Below are positions 14,704 to 25,656 of a DNA stretch of 64,000 nucleotides, in pieces (position 1 is the stretch's first letter; every line of letters begins with the position of its first letter). A program made the position numbers and the translations under genes. Under the pieces are notes generated by a model that was not told where the DNA came from, searched no databases, and worked only from the letters and a program-made list of their open reading frames with translations. Source of the DNA: Phaeosaccion multiseriatum (taxonomy: Eukaryota; Protista; Ochrophyta, other classes); assembly GCA_965112735.1 (NCBI GenBank), contig OZ218955.1, forward strand, positions 124,001-188,000. Direction: 5' to 3'.

Positions 14704-16394
14704 GAGAAGCAGCAGCCTTCGCGAAGGGTCCAAAAGGGAGACCATATTGCAACCACCACCACCTCTCCCACGCCCACGCACGCGCCCACAGGCACTCCAG
14801 GGGGGGGCAAGGGCGATGTACACGCGCCCACGGGCACGCCGGAAGCAACCCCTATTGGTGATGCTGTTGATGCAGCAGGGGCGACGGCCAAGGCGGCGAC
14901 TGAGGAGGGGATGGCAGTGGAGAGCAAGGCCGGAGCGGAGCAAGGAGGGCCGCGAGCAGTCTCTTTCGCGGTCTCGCCGGAGAAGGAGCACGGCGAGGGG
15001 TCCGTATCACCAACTGATGAAGGTGTAGAAGAGTGTAAGGGGCAAGACGGCAGCCATAAGGATAGGGATGGCAGCAGACGGCAGGGGGCAGCAGGAGACG
15101 CGGAAGAGGGGGGAGGGCAGGAGGAGGGGGACAAAGAGGAGGACAAGGAGGAGGACAAGGAGAGAAGGGCCAGGGAGAGGGAGGAGGTGCGAGCTAGGCA
15201 ACGCAGGCAGCGCCAAGAGGAGAAGGAGAAGAGGGCACAGAAGCAGAGGCTGCGGCAGAGGGTGAAAAAGGTGAGTGACGAGGAAAGGAGGGAGGGGGGT
15301 GCGACTTCCAACACGAATCTTGTAGTGTGAAAGTGGGAGGGGAGAGGGGAGAGGGGAGAGGGGAGAGGGGAGAGGGGAGAGTGGAGAGGGGGGAGGGGGG
15401 AGGGGAGAGGGGAGACGGGAGAGGGGAGACGGGAGAGGGGAGACGGGAGAGGGGAGAGGGGAGAGGGGAGAGGGGAGAGGGGAGAGGGGAGAGGGGAGAG
15501 GGGAGAGGGGAGAGGGGAGAGGGGAGAGGGCCGATTGGGCGAGATGGCGCTCGCTTACGGCAAAGTCATGGATGAGGTTCACTCACACTGTCCCTGCTGG
15601 TGTTTGTGGTGTGTGTGTGTGTGTGTCCTCCTGTCCCGGAACGGAAACTTTCATCTGCGGAACATTGCCCGACGAGCACAGGCCCGGGCTTTGGTTCGGT
15701 GCGAGCGGCGCCGGCTGCAGAGGGAGGCGTGGAGAGAGGAGGAGGAGGAGCGGGCCAGAGGGGTGGGGGGCGCGCTGGACCTGCTGCTCGGCCAAGAGGC
15801 CAGACTGGTAGAGCTCACAAGGGGGTGGACTGTGGAGCGCTTGTTGGGACTCCGAGCGTCGATCATTCGAGTGCTGACGCTGCACCTTGCCACCGCCGCT
15901 GCCAAGAGCAGGCGCTTGGGGAAGGTGAGGAGGAAGGAGGAAGGAGGAAGGAGGGGTGGGGGAGGGGTTAGGGGGGAGGGAGGAGGGCGGGGCGAGGAGG
16001 AAGGAGGAAGGAGGGGTGGGGGAGGGAAATGGCGCATCATCTTGGTTCTTGTTGCTGTCCTCAACAATCCGTCGTGCGTGTAGCGTTGTAGGGGGGCGGG
16101 CAGGGAAGCGGCCTCTGGCAGGGAAGCGGCCTCTGCTCTCCCCCATGGCCTTGTGCCCCCCCCTCGCCTGAGCTCCCCTAAGCGCTGCTACCATCCGCTA
16201 CCATCCGCTACCATCCCGCCCCTCTCTCTCCTTGCACTCTCCACGCTCGGTACCGGGCGGACACGCGTTACCCTTACGTTGCTCTTACGTACGTATGCCC
16301 ATGGCGATTCCGATGGCAGCCCATGGCGCCAATGTCCGGCGTGGAGCAAGTGGTGCGTTTCGTGGGGGCGACGCAGCGCAGCAACACGAGATAG
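6284..16394 (+). CDS. ATAD2: ATAD2/Yta7-like AAA+ ATPase with bromodomain, about 13 exons
   Basis: WESVGGLSGHVRQLKEMVMLPLVYPEVF; Walker A GPPGTGKT; FFMRKGADCLSKWVGEAERQLRLLFEQ; Walker B [31 protein letters not shown]; degenerate second AAA domain (HRPRLVLRG..PCILFLP); bromodomain DYYDIIKHPMDL..DNASQYNP. Start codon and last exon are less certain. Confidence 0.95.
15341..15530. repeat. (GGGGAGA)n heptamer array, intronic
   Basis: Direct inspection. Confidence 0.9.
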
Positions 16395-16424
16395 AACATC
16401 GAACATCGACATAGAAAGGGGGGA

Positions 16425-16826
16425 AATCGAGGTATTCGAGGGGATAAAATCGAGGTATTCGAGGGGATAAATCGAGGTACTCGAGGCGATAAAAATCCAG
16501 GCATTCGAGGTAGTCGATTGCCTTTACGAATGGAGGGACAGAGAGGCCAAGTGGTGTGTGTGTGTGTGTTGGGGGGGAGGTTGTTTTGAGGCCAGGGGGG
16601 CATGAGGGTATGAGGGCATGAGGGCGGGGAAGAGAGAAATGTGTGCTTTGATTGAAGTGGCGAAGGGGGCGGGGAGAGGAGTGGTGAGAGGAGGGCATCG
16701 CGAGGGGGTGTAGAGGACATCTAAAGGTGGTGTAGAGGATATCGAACGGGGATGTAGAGGACATCGAACGGGGATGTAGAGGACATCGAACGGGGATGTA
16801 GAGGACATCGAACGGGGATGTAGAGG
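16425..16826. repeat. Two short intergenic 22-bp tandem arrays (aaatcgaggtattcgaggggat; tgtagaggacatcgaacgggga)
   Basis: About 3-4 copies at 16425-16510 and about 4 copies at 16730-16826. Confidence 0.85.
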
Positions 16827-17122
16827 TGGAAACACGGTGTCGGAGGGGCTCTTTAGTTGCTCGTGAATAGAGGCCAACCGAGCCAAGGCAAGCGCTCCTT
16901 CCAAGAACATGTGCCAGGTGAAAGGATGCAGTGTAGACATATGTGTATGCATGCCGCGTAAACATCCTTTCTTCTGTCTCTCTATCCTCTACGCTCTTCT
17001 GTCTCTCTCTCTGTTTGTGCGTGTGTGTGTGTGTGTGTGCGTCGTCCAAAATGACGAGAAGCGTATCCTTGTACTGCAGTGCAGTGCAGTGCAGTGCCTC
17101 TAAAAGCTGCCGTCCCTCTGCT

Positions 17123-18616
17123 CTACAGCAGTAAGTCAGAGAAACCGTCGTCCTCTTCCTCCTCCTCCCCCGCGTCCCGCCCTTCGTGGGAGTACTCAGT
17201 GCCAGTGCTGCGAGGAGAGCACTCCCTCCTCCCGTGCGTCCTTTGAGTCCTTTGAGTCCTGTGAGTCCTGTGAGTGCCGTGAGTGCCGGGAGTGCTGTGA
17301 GAGGCAGTACCGAGTGACCCTCCCCTGCCGGAGCTCTTCCTCCTGCTCCTGCTCTTGCTCCTGCTCCTGCTCCTACTTCTGCTGCTCCTTCTGCTGGCGT
17401 AGCTCTTGGCAATGGTCTGTGGTTGCTTTGTTGTGTGCTGTGAGTGCTGTGAGTGCTGTGAGTGCCGGATCTGTGGGCTACTGCGGCCTCCCTCCCTTCG
17501 TCTCTTCCACTTACGCAATACCGTCTCGTCACCACCCCTTTCCCCCCTCTCCGCCGACCGCCCCACCGGCACCGCCACAAGCACTGGCACTTGCCCTGCT
17601 GGCCGGATCACGTTCTCCTCCCCTGCCTCCCCCTCCATGCCCACGCGGCGCCTTCCTCCTCCTCCTCCTTCTCCTCCTCCTCCTCCTCCTCCTCCTCCTC
17701 CTCCTCCTCCTCCTCCTCCTCCTCCTCCTCCTCCTCCTCCTCCTCCTCCTCCTCCTCCTCCTCCTCCTCCTCCTCCTCCTCCTCCTCCTCCTCCTCCTCC
17801 TCCTCCTCCTTCACCTCTTGGAGCCTCGGCCTCTCGGCGCGCCTCCTCCTCCTCCTCCTCCCCCTCCTCCTCTTCCTCATGCTGCTTCTGGAGAGGCTCG
17901 TCGAGGGAGCCCATCTCCTGCTGGAGCGAGTACTTGAGCTCCTCAAGCAACATACCGCGCATCACCCTGTGCAGCCGACGTACCTCCCTCCTCGGCACCG
18001 CCACCACCGCCCTCTGCCCACAGAGGAGCCCTTCGTGTTTGTCGTCACCCTCGTCTGATGATCGTGTCTTTGCTCCCTCCCCCAAGCCTGTCCCTGCTGC
18101 GCCAGGCGATGATCCCCCCTCCTCTTGCGGCCCTCCCCGCCGGGGTGTGGAGAGGGAGGCGGAGGAGGCGGCGTCTCTTCCGCTTGGGCGTTGCGAATGG
18201 GGCTGTGACTGTGCCAAGGCCAAGGCGGCGTTGAGAGTGGCCAGTACCGACACCAGGTTGCTGGCACTCTCTTCTCCCCCCTCCCCTCCTCCTCCTCCTC
18301 CTCCTCCTCCTGCGGCTGCTGTTCCTGGACTTGCTTGATCCGGCGCTGCGGCAGCCGCTGGTGCGAGCACTGTGGGATCGGAGCTCGGAGCAGGTGGGGG
18401 CGCTAGGGGCGGTAGCTGTTCCCTCTCCAGGTCCCACCAAGCAGGCATGGGCAAGGCTGTGCCTCCTGTCCTCTGCTGCCTCGGTGCTAGTTCGGCACTC
18501 GTCGAGTCCGCGGGAATCGAAGCTCTGGCAGGAAGACTTTGCAGCTGCTGCTGCCGCTGCTGCTCGCTGCTTCTCGTGCCATCTCCTCCCAGTGCGGTTT
18601 TCAGCCACCGTATCAT
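17123..18616 (-). CDS. Hypothetical low-complexity protein with a long poly-Gly tract and RS-rich tail
   Basis: Open frame from MIRWLKTALGG, with an amphipathic segment RREVRRLHRVMRGMLLEELKYSLQQEM. No recognisable domain. The (GGA)~50 tract makes the downstream frame uncertain. Confidence 0.45.
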   Translation of the reverse strand: MIRWLKTALGGDGTRSSEQQRQQQLQSLPARASIPADSTSAELAPRQQRTGGTALPMPAWWDLEREQLPPLAPPPAPSSDPTVLAPAAAAAPDQASPGTAAAGGGGGGGGGEGGEESASNLVSVLATLNAALALAQSQPHSQRPSGRDAASSASLSTPRRGGPQEEGGSSPGAAGTGLGEGAKTRSSDEGDDKHEGLLCGQRAVVAVPRREVRRLHRVMRGMLLEELKYSLQQEMGSLDEPLQKQHEEEEEGEEEEEEARREAEAPRGEGGGGGGGGGGGGGGGGGGGGGGGGGGGGGGGGGGGGGGGGGGGGGGEGGGGGRRRVGMEGEAGEENVIRPAGQVPVLVAVPVGRSAERGERGGDETVLRKWKRRREGGRSSPQIRHSQHSQHSQHTTKQPQTIAKSYASRRSSRSRSRSRSKSRSRRKSSGRGGSLGTASHSTPGTHGTHRTHRTQRTQRTHGRRECSPRSTGTEYSHEGRDAGEEEEEDDGFSDLLL

Positions 18617-18813
18617 GGTGGTCTTGCAGAGACAGCGTGAGAACAAGAGGGGGGGCGGAGGAGGAGATTTGATCGAGAGTTGGAGATGGAGAGAAAAAAG
18701 AAAAAGGTTCGAAGCGGATGGCAGCAAAAGGCGCCGATTGATAGGTACGCCGATTGATCCTCCGCGCGCCCTGGCCTCTGCGGCGCAACGCTGGCAGTGG
18801 CAGCAGCGGCAGC

Positions 18814-19174
18814 ATGTCGCCTGCCCCCATACTGCTGGCACTGCATCCACCTCGCTGCTCGAGTACCACCTCGCCGTCCCTCCTTCTCTTCTTCCCGGCA
18901 ACTCTGCCAGCGTTGGACTGGGAACAAGTCCTGACGAGCACGAAAGGCGCCGGAGCCCCCCCCCCCCGGTTGCTGCTGCTGCTGCTGCTGCAGCTTGCCG
19001 CTGCTGCCGCTGCTGCAACCGGGGGGGGGGGGCTCCGGCGCCTTTCGTGCTCGTCAGGACTTGTTCCCAGTCCAACGCTGGCAGGGTTGCCGGGAAGAAG
19101 AGAAGGAGGGACGGCGAGGTGGTACTCGAGCAGCGAGGTGGATGCAGTGCCAGCAGTATGGGGGCAGGCGACAT
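18814..19174. repeat. Inverted repeat A: 160-bp arms, 41-bp CTG-rich spacer
   Basis: 18814-18973 is the reverse complement of 19015-19174, with one mismatch seen (ggcaactctg vs cagggttgcc). Confidence 0.95.
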
Positions 19175-19215
19175 TGGACTGGAGGGTCCTTGAGAAGCAA
19201 ACACACACCCCTCAA

Positions 19216-22200
19216 ATGGGGCCTCAAAGGTGAGGGACGGTGGGAGAGGCGATCGCTGCATGTCGCTATCCTCATCATCGCTGATGACGATAGTCTCCCT
19301 GTCGTCTGCCATTCTCGTCAGTTTCTTGGAGGGCCTGTAACGATGGAAGTGGGGAGGGACCGTCAGGGCAAGCCCTTCGATAACACACACGCCGACACGC
19401 AGATTGACGTCGGCGTGTGTGTTATCGAAGGGCTTGCCCTGACGGTCCCTCCCCACTTCCATCGTTACAGGCCCTCCAAGAAACTGACGAGAATGGCAGA
19501 CGACAGGGAGACTATCGTCATCAGCGATGATGAGGATAGCGACATGCAGCGATCGCCTCTCCGGGCGGGAGAAGGCGGCAGCAGCCGCTCGGGGGCTGCA
19601 TCTGCCAGGTGAGGCAAGAAATGGGGTCTACTTCTCATCTTGCCCTTGCCCTCTGTTGTCTCTTCGATCGATATGCCCCAATTGCCAAAGCCACGTACAA
19701 TTTTGTGATTTTCTCTCTCTCCCTGTCTCTTCTCTCCTTCTGCCCCTCCCCAGCAGCAGCGATGTTGGAGGCACCCCTCCAGCCGGCAAGTGTGGCGAGT
19801 GGAAGCCATCGAACGCCCGTATCGTCTCCAAGGTGCTCTCCATTGGCCCCGGCAAGCTCTTGTCAAACGGCACCCGGTGCTACCCCTTGGTCCTGGGGCG
19901 TCCACTGCGTGCGAACCCGGGAGCAAGCCCTGGGCCCACACGACGGTGCAGGGGGCGGAGCAGCTCGAGGAATGGGGTCGCAACAACCCCGCGGCGAGCG
20001 GCGAGGCCAAGGGGGACAAGTACGCTGAGCTTGTCGTGGGCCCCACCCTGATGGCTTCCCCTGGCATCCCCACGCCGTGTGGACCGACGGATGAGGCCCT
20101 ACTCTTTGTTGGCCACCTCGGCGACTGGGGGAGTGTCACCTGGTGTCGGACTACGTATCGCACCTGTCGTGGGACGAGGGCGAGACTGTCTTCCATGACT
20201 GGCGCCGCGTGAATGATGTTGACAAGGATGTGGTGGTGAACCTCATTCCCGTGCCCGTCTGCGGCGTGGAGGAGAGAAATGACAGAGAGGGAGGGGTTGA
20301 GTACAGGGTGGCTCGACGCAACACCAACCACCTGCCAGAAGACCTGGTAGCCCTTGGCGGCAGGATGCTGCGGCACTTGCTGGCCCTTCTCCAGCTTCAG
20401 GTGGTTGTGGCGCTGGGCCGCACGGCGTTCGTTCGCGAGGCCATCCGCGTGGCAGCGGATGGCCTGCTCCTCCTCCTAACCATCAACCCCTCGGGTTGGT
20501 GGCGCTGGCTCTTGTTGGCTGCTCTGGAGGCTGTGGCGGTGATGCGGCTGGCGCAGCTTCTCAACGAGGCTAATCAAGAGGCCGTCGGGCATGTCGTCCA
20601 AGCACTGGCGGTCACCGCGGGCGCGGAGCAGGCTCTCCAGTTCCAACCCCGCATGCTTCAGAACCGCATCAATCCCATCCCTGAGCCGATGCGCCACCTC
20701 ACCGTCTCCGCCTGCATCAACAGCCTATGCGAGGCAGGACACGTGGACAAGGCCGTCGACCTTCTGTGCGCCCTCTCCGCCGACCAGGTGCCACAGCATC
20801 TCGTCATCTTTTCGAGGCGTTCCTCCGACTGTCAGCTGACACCCCGTCTCATGGAGAAAGTGCTCGGAGTGGTGCACTCGAACGGACGCGTTCACTCGCT
20901 CACCTTCTCCGGCTTGGACCCGCTTGCCTGGTGGAGACTTCTTACCTGGCGGCAAGCCCTCCTCCGCGTGACAAGCCTCTTCATCAGCAAGGGACCAGGA
21001 AGAGTTGGGCACCTCGACTTTGCCCGCCTCAAGACCATTCTTGGCGTCTTGCCCAACCTCACCGACTTGACTGCCCCACTGGACCTTGTTGGGGACCCGC
21101 AACACCAGGTCACCGGGCACGTCAAGGCGGTGTGCAGCGACGAAGGCGATAAGCATGCCCGGCGGGACGCGCTGCTGGCCCTCGTTCCCAATGCTTCCTC
21201 AGTGAGTGTGTGGTCAACCGCAGAGGAGAAGTGTCAGTACGAGCCCCCCTGCGAAGCTGGTGAGTAAAACATGCGTCCACCTTTGGTGTGTGAAGTGTGT
21301 GTGGGTGTGTATGTAGCTGTTTAAGTAGGTGTGTGGGTGGGTGGGTGGGTGGGTGGGTGGGTGGGTGGGTGTGTGTAGCTGTGTAGCCGTGTGTGTGGCT
21401 GTGTGGGTAGGTGTGTGGGTGGGTGGGTGGGTGTGTGTGGGTGGGTGTGTGGGTGGGTGTGTGTGTGTGGGTGGGTGGGTGTGTGTGTGTGGGTGGGTGT
21501 GTGTGTGGGTGGGTGTTTTGTAGGTGTGTTGTGTGACTTTCAGACCATCGTGTCCATTGCTCTTCAAGAAAGAGGGATGTCACCGCCCGGCTGCTGCTCT
21601 TTCTTCCCACTTCTAGTCCCTCATTTCTTTGTAAACTCTTTCTTTCTTACTTCAACTAACTGCTGCACGCCCCACCCCCCCTCGGCCCCTGAACATACGC
21701 CTGGACGCAGTGGCCAGCAAGGGCTACATTTGCGGGACAAACCCGGAGGGGTGCCCGGCAAAGCAGGACCTCCTCAAGGCGAGGAGCAGGGAGGCGGCAA
21801 AGGAAGCACACAGGCAGTGGCCATGTGGCTGCGAGGACGTCGTGTCCATTTATACGCAAGAGCAATGTACGTCAGTCACCGCCCAGCTGCTGCTCTTATT
21901 CTCACTTCGACACACACACACACACACGCGCGCCCACACACACACACATAGCTCTTTCTTTCTTACTTCAACTAACTGCTGCACGCCCCACCCCCCCTCG
22001 GCCCCTGAACGCAGACGGGAAGGCAGCGGCCAGCAAGGGCTACATTTGCCGGACAAACCCGGAGGGGTGCCCGGCAAAGCAGGACCTCCTGCAGGCGAGG
22101 AGCAGGGAGGCGGCAAAGGAAGCACACAGGCAGTGGCCATGCGGCTGCGAGCCACATGGCCACTGCCTGTGTGCATCCTTTGCCGCCTCCCTGCTCCTCG

Positions 22201-22659
22201 CCTTGAGGAGGTCCTGCTTTGCCGGGCATGGACGTCGTGTCCATTTATACGCAAGAGCAATGTACGTCAGTCACCGCCCAGCTGCTGCTCTTTCTTCCCA
22301 CTCCTAGCCCCCCCCCCCCTTTGTTTGTAGCTCTTTCTTACTTCAACTCCTACCTTTTCCTCCCTCTCATGTGCCTTGTTCTTTGCTTGCCAGATCTATC
22401 AGCATCGCGACGACGGAGCCCGATTATCAAACGTGAAACTTTCCTCAGTCTTTCACTCAACGCGCCACAGTTGAAGCGCTTCCGCGTTCGGCTGCTTGGC
22501 CTGATCGGGGCGGCTTCCGATGACGAGGAGACGCGCGCCATACTCGCCAACCAGCATAACCAGCTGCAGGAACGACAGAATGCTGGTACCGTGTTGTCTC
22601 CGCAAGACGAGAGTGACTTCTTCGCTTTGGAGTTAGTTTTCGCGGTCCTGGAGACGTAG
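19216..22659 (+). pseudogene. Frameshifted, rearranged gene: SIM-like N-terminus, UDG-superfamily-like domain, helical/LRR-like region, Cys-rich exon
   Basis: Predicted exons 19216-19229, 19471-19608, 19753-21260, a duplicated Cys-rich exon (~21711-21867 and ~22015-22261) and 22394-22659, all phase-compatible. Two single-G deficits in G-runs (~19895, ~20127) restore LLFVGHLGDWGE..VVVNLIPVP..LQVVVALGRTAF..TINPS. Confidence 0.6.
19243..19562. repeat. Inverted repeat B: 154-bp arms, 12-bp spacer
   Basis: 19243-19396 is the reverse complement of 19409-19562; spacer acgcagattgac; no mismatch found by eye. Confidence 0.95.
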
Positions 22660-22857
22660 GTGACGACCGATCGGCGTCATGCAAGTCGATATCGCGGATC
22701 GTCATTTGAATTGAACAGAACTCTCCTCCTGCCCATCTCAAAGTCACCACTAATAAGGGGAACACATTCAGTATGGCGAAGAAATTGTCCATCCGCTGCC
22801 ATCCTCTCATTCAGCAAATGTGGCTCCGGAAATAGGGCCCCGGAGACACAGCGACAC

Positions 22858-22897
<40 letters not shown>

Positions 22898-22987
22898 TCA
22901 CACTTTCAGTTTCTTAGGTAATTCCTATTAAGTCAATAAAGTCGCAAATCGCCCGTGGTGGCTCCCCAAGTATTATTAGCGCAAAAG

Positions 22988-25624
22988 ATGACGACGAAGC
23001 TACTGCACTGGCGGCAAGGTCTTTGCAGGATACACAGCACCTTCGGCCTGAGTAGTAGTCTCCGCAGTAGCAGCAGCAGTGGGGGATCCAGTGGCGCGTC
23101 TGGCTGTGTAGGGGCCTTGCCGCAATGCCAGCACTATCGAAAAAGAGGCCGGGCGAGCGAGACAACCCAGCGGCGGCACTTGGCAGCAGCAGCAGCCGCA
23201 GCAGCAGCAGTCAAACGGGCAACCGCCGGAGGCACCAAGACCTTCGCGGCACGGCACTCGCAGGGCAGGAACAACAAGATGAGATACGTGGGCATGAAGA
23301 ATCTTTGGGGAGAAGAGCTTTCCATTGCCTCAGTGGGGTACGGGTCGCATTGGCCAGGGCAGCCCGACGACCACAATCGTGAGGTGACTCTAGCCATCAC
23401 GCACGGCTGCAACTTGATAGAGCTTCCCCCTCCCCCCTCTCCACATACTTCCCCCCCTCTCTTGGAAGGAGGGGAAGGAGGCGGGACGGGACTGGAAGGA
23501 GAAGGAGGAGGAGAAAGGGAAGCGCCTTCGTCCGTACAAGACGCCGTGCAGCAGGCCCAGCAGTCGGGGGCAGCTCGTCTGAGCCAGCAGTACCCCGACA
23601 CCAGCCGGAGTGCCGCGGACTTGTGTAGCGAAGTGTCGAGCTGCAACTACCTCATGCAAGCGCCGGAGGGGACGGGGATGGGGGAGGACGAGCAGATTGG
23701 GAGGGAGGAGATGGTGTTCTTTAGTAAGCTCAGCTGCCGAAGAGATGTTGGCAGCAGCAGTGCAGAGCCAGGAGGAGGGGAGGGGGTGCGTCTTCTCAGC
23801 GTGACAGAGGCCCTGTCCCCGGAGCGAATGCAGAGCTATCTGAAGGAGCTACGGGCATGTCACGGCACCGAAATAGACGCCATCTTTGTAGAGGTGCCTC
23901 CCCCGCCGGGTCCTGACGCTACTGCTGGGGGGGAGGGAGGAGTGGAGGCCTATCGTGAGGACCTACGCACAGCAGTGGAGGTGCTGCTTCGCTCGGAGAG
24001 AGACCGGGTCACAGGCGGGGCAGCGGCAGCGGCAGCGGCAGGGGAGGGGCAAGGGGCAGGCACGGGCAGCGTGGGGCTCTACTGGGAGGGGGGAAGTCCA
24101 CACGTTCCGTACAGCGCCGGACATGGAGGAGGAGGAGAGGGAGCGGCGCCTATTCACGACGTCCTCGCCGGGCGGGACAGCGTGCACTCAGGTGGGTACA
24201 GGGGGTATAGGGGCGTGGGGTGGGGTAGGGACATACATAGGGGTATAGGGACATAGGCCGACTCTCTCTTGCGAGAGAGGGGCTCAGGCCTGTGGACAGC
24301 ACGTGCTCCCTTCGGGGATGAGGATGAGGGCCCTCTTGGCGTTGGCGTGTCTCGCTGCCCATATGCCTCACGCCTCTTACGGCCTCTCTTAACTCTTCTT
24401 GCCTGTCCCGCTGCCTATATGCCTCTCATATTCATTCGGAGGGCAGAGTTTCCCTTGGCGCTGATGTTCCCGGTCAACCTGGCGGCGTTCCAAGGCTGCG
24501 GGGCCTCCAAGGTGCTCGGCAGCAGCCACGATGACCTTGGCAGCAGCAGTGGCCTTAGCAGTGGCCTTAGCAGTGGCCTTAGCAGTGGCCTTAGCAGTGG
24601 CCTTAGCAGTGGCCTTAGCAGTGGCCTTAGCAGTGGCCTTAGCAGTGGCCTTAGCAGTGGCCTTAGCAGTGGCCTTAGCAGTGGCCTTAGCAGTGGCCTT
24701 AGCAGTGGCCGCAGTAGTGGAGCGGATGCATCCCTCCCCCCCGGGACTCTTCACGTGTTGCAGATCGGCAGCCGCTGCCTGCACACGGCCTCACCCTCGG
24801 GCCTGCCGTTTCGGTTCGTTGACGTACCGCACTTTGAGGTGACACAGGAGGTCGTGACGAGCCTCAGCCACTGGTTCAACAAGGCCATTCATCTAGAGGT
24901 AAGCGGGTTGTCAGAGGGGGTAGGGGGTTAAGAGATGCTTCGTAGTACTACGTAAGAGGGTTGGGTGGTCGATTGCTCTGCTTTGAGGAGGAGGGATGTT
25001 CGGCTGAAGCGTAACTTGCTCTTCTCTCTTCTGTCTTCTTTCTTCTCTCTCTCTGTATGTATGTATGTATGTATGTATGTATGTATGTGTGTTTGTGTAT
25101 CCCTCTCCACCCCTCTCCCTGCATCCTTACAACAACCCCATCACCCCAGCACGAGTATCTCCACCGCTTCGGTAACCGCCGCGGCGTGCCCCCCCCCTCC
25201 GAGCTTCGCTTCGGTCAGGAGCTTGCGGCCGCCTTGAGCACTCTCGAGGGGCTTGACCACTTCGTCATGCAGAGACACCTCGAGACGGAGCCCGCCATGC
25301 TCACGCTGGAGAAGCAGCTCAGAAGGGACAAGGACACCTCCGAGTGGTTGTCGCTGTACCGCATGATTCTCAAGGAGACGCTCGACGCCTACAATGAGAC
25401 GCTGTACACGCACAAGGGGCATCTGCTTGGGGAGGTTAGTAAGTCACTGAGGGGGTCAGTAAGTCACTGAGGGTGGGTAGTGCCGTGGTCGTGTCCCCTG
25501 TCCTCTGAGGGCAGATGGAGGCGATGTGGGGCTTGTGCTTTGAGTGTGCCCCCACCCCCCGTGTTATTCACTCGCTCATACACTCACTCACGCCCCTCTT
25601 CCCTCACTACTTCCATTCTTCCTT

Positions 25625-25656
<32 letters not shown>

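Noticed and set aside
17123-19462. The 779-aa ORF as one genuine protein
   Set aside because: Its first ~280 codons run through two palindromes and appear to be a by-product of the inversions. Only the part from 18616 looks gene-like.
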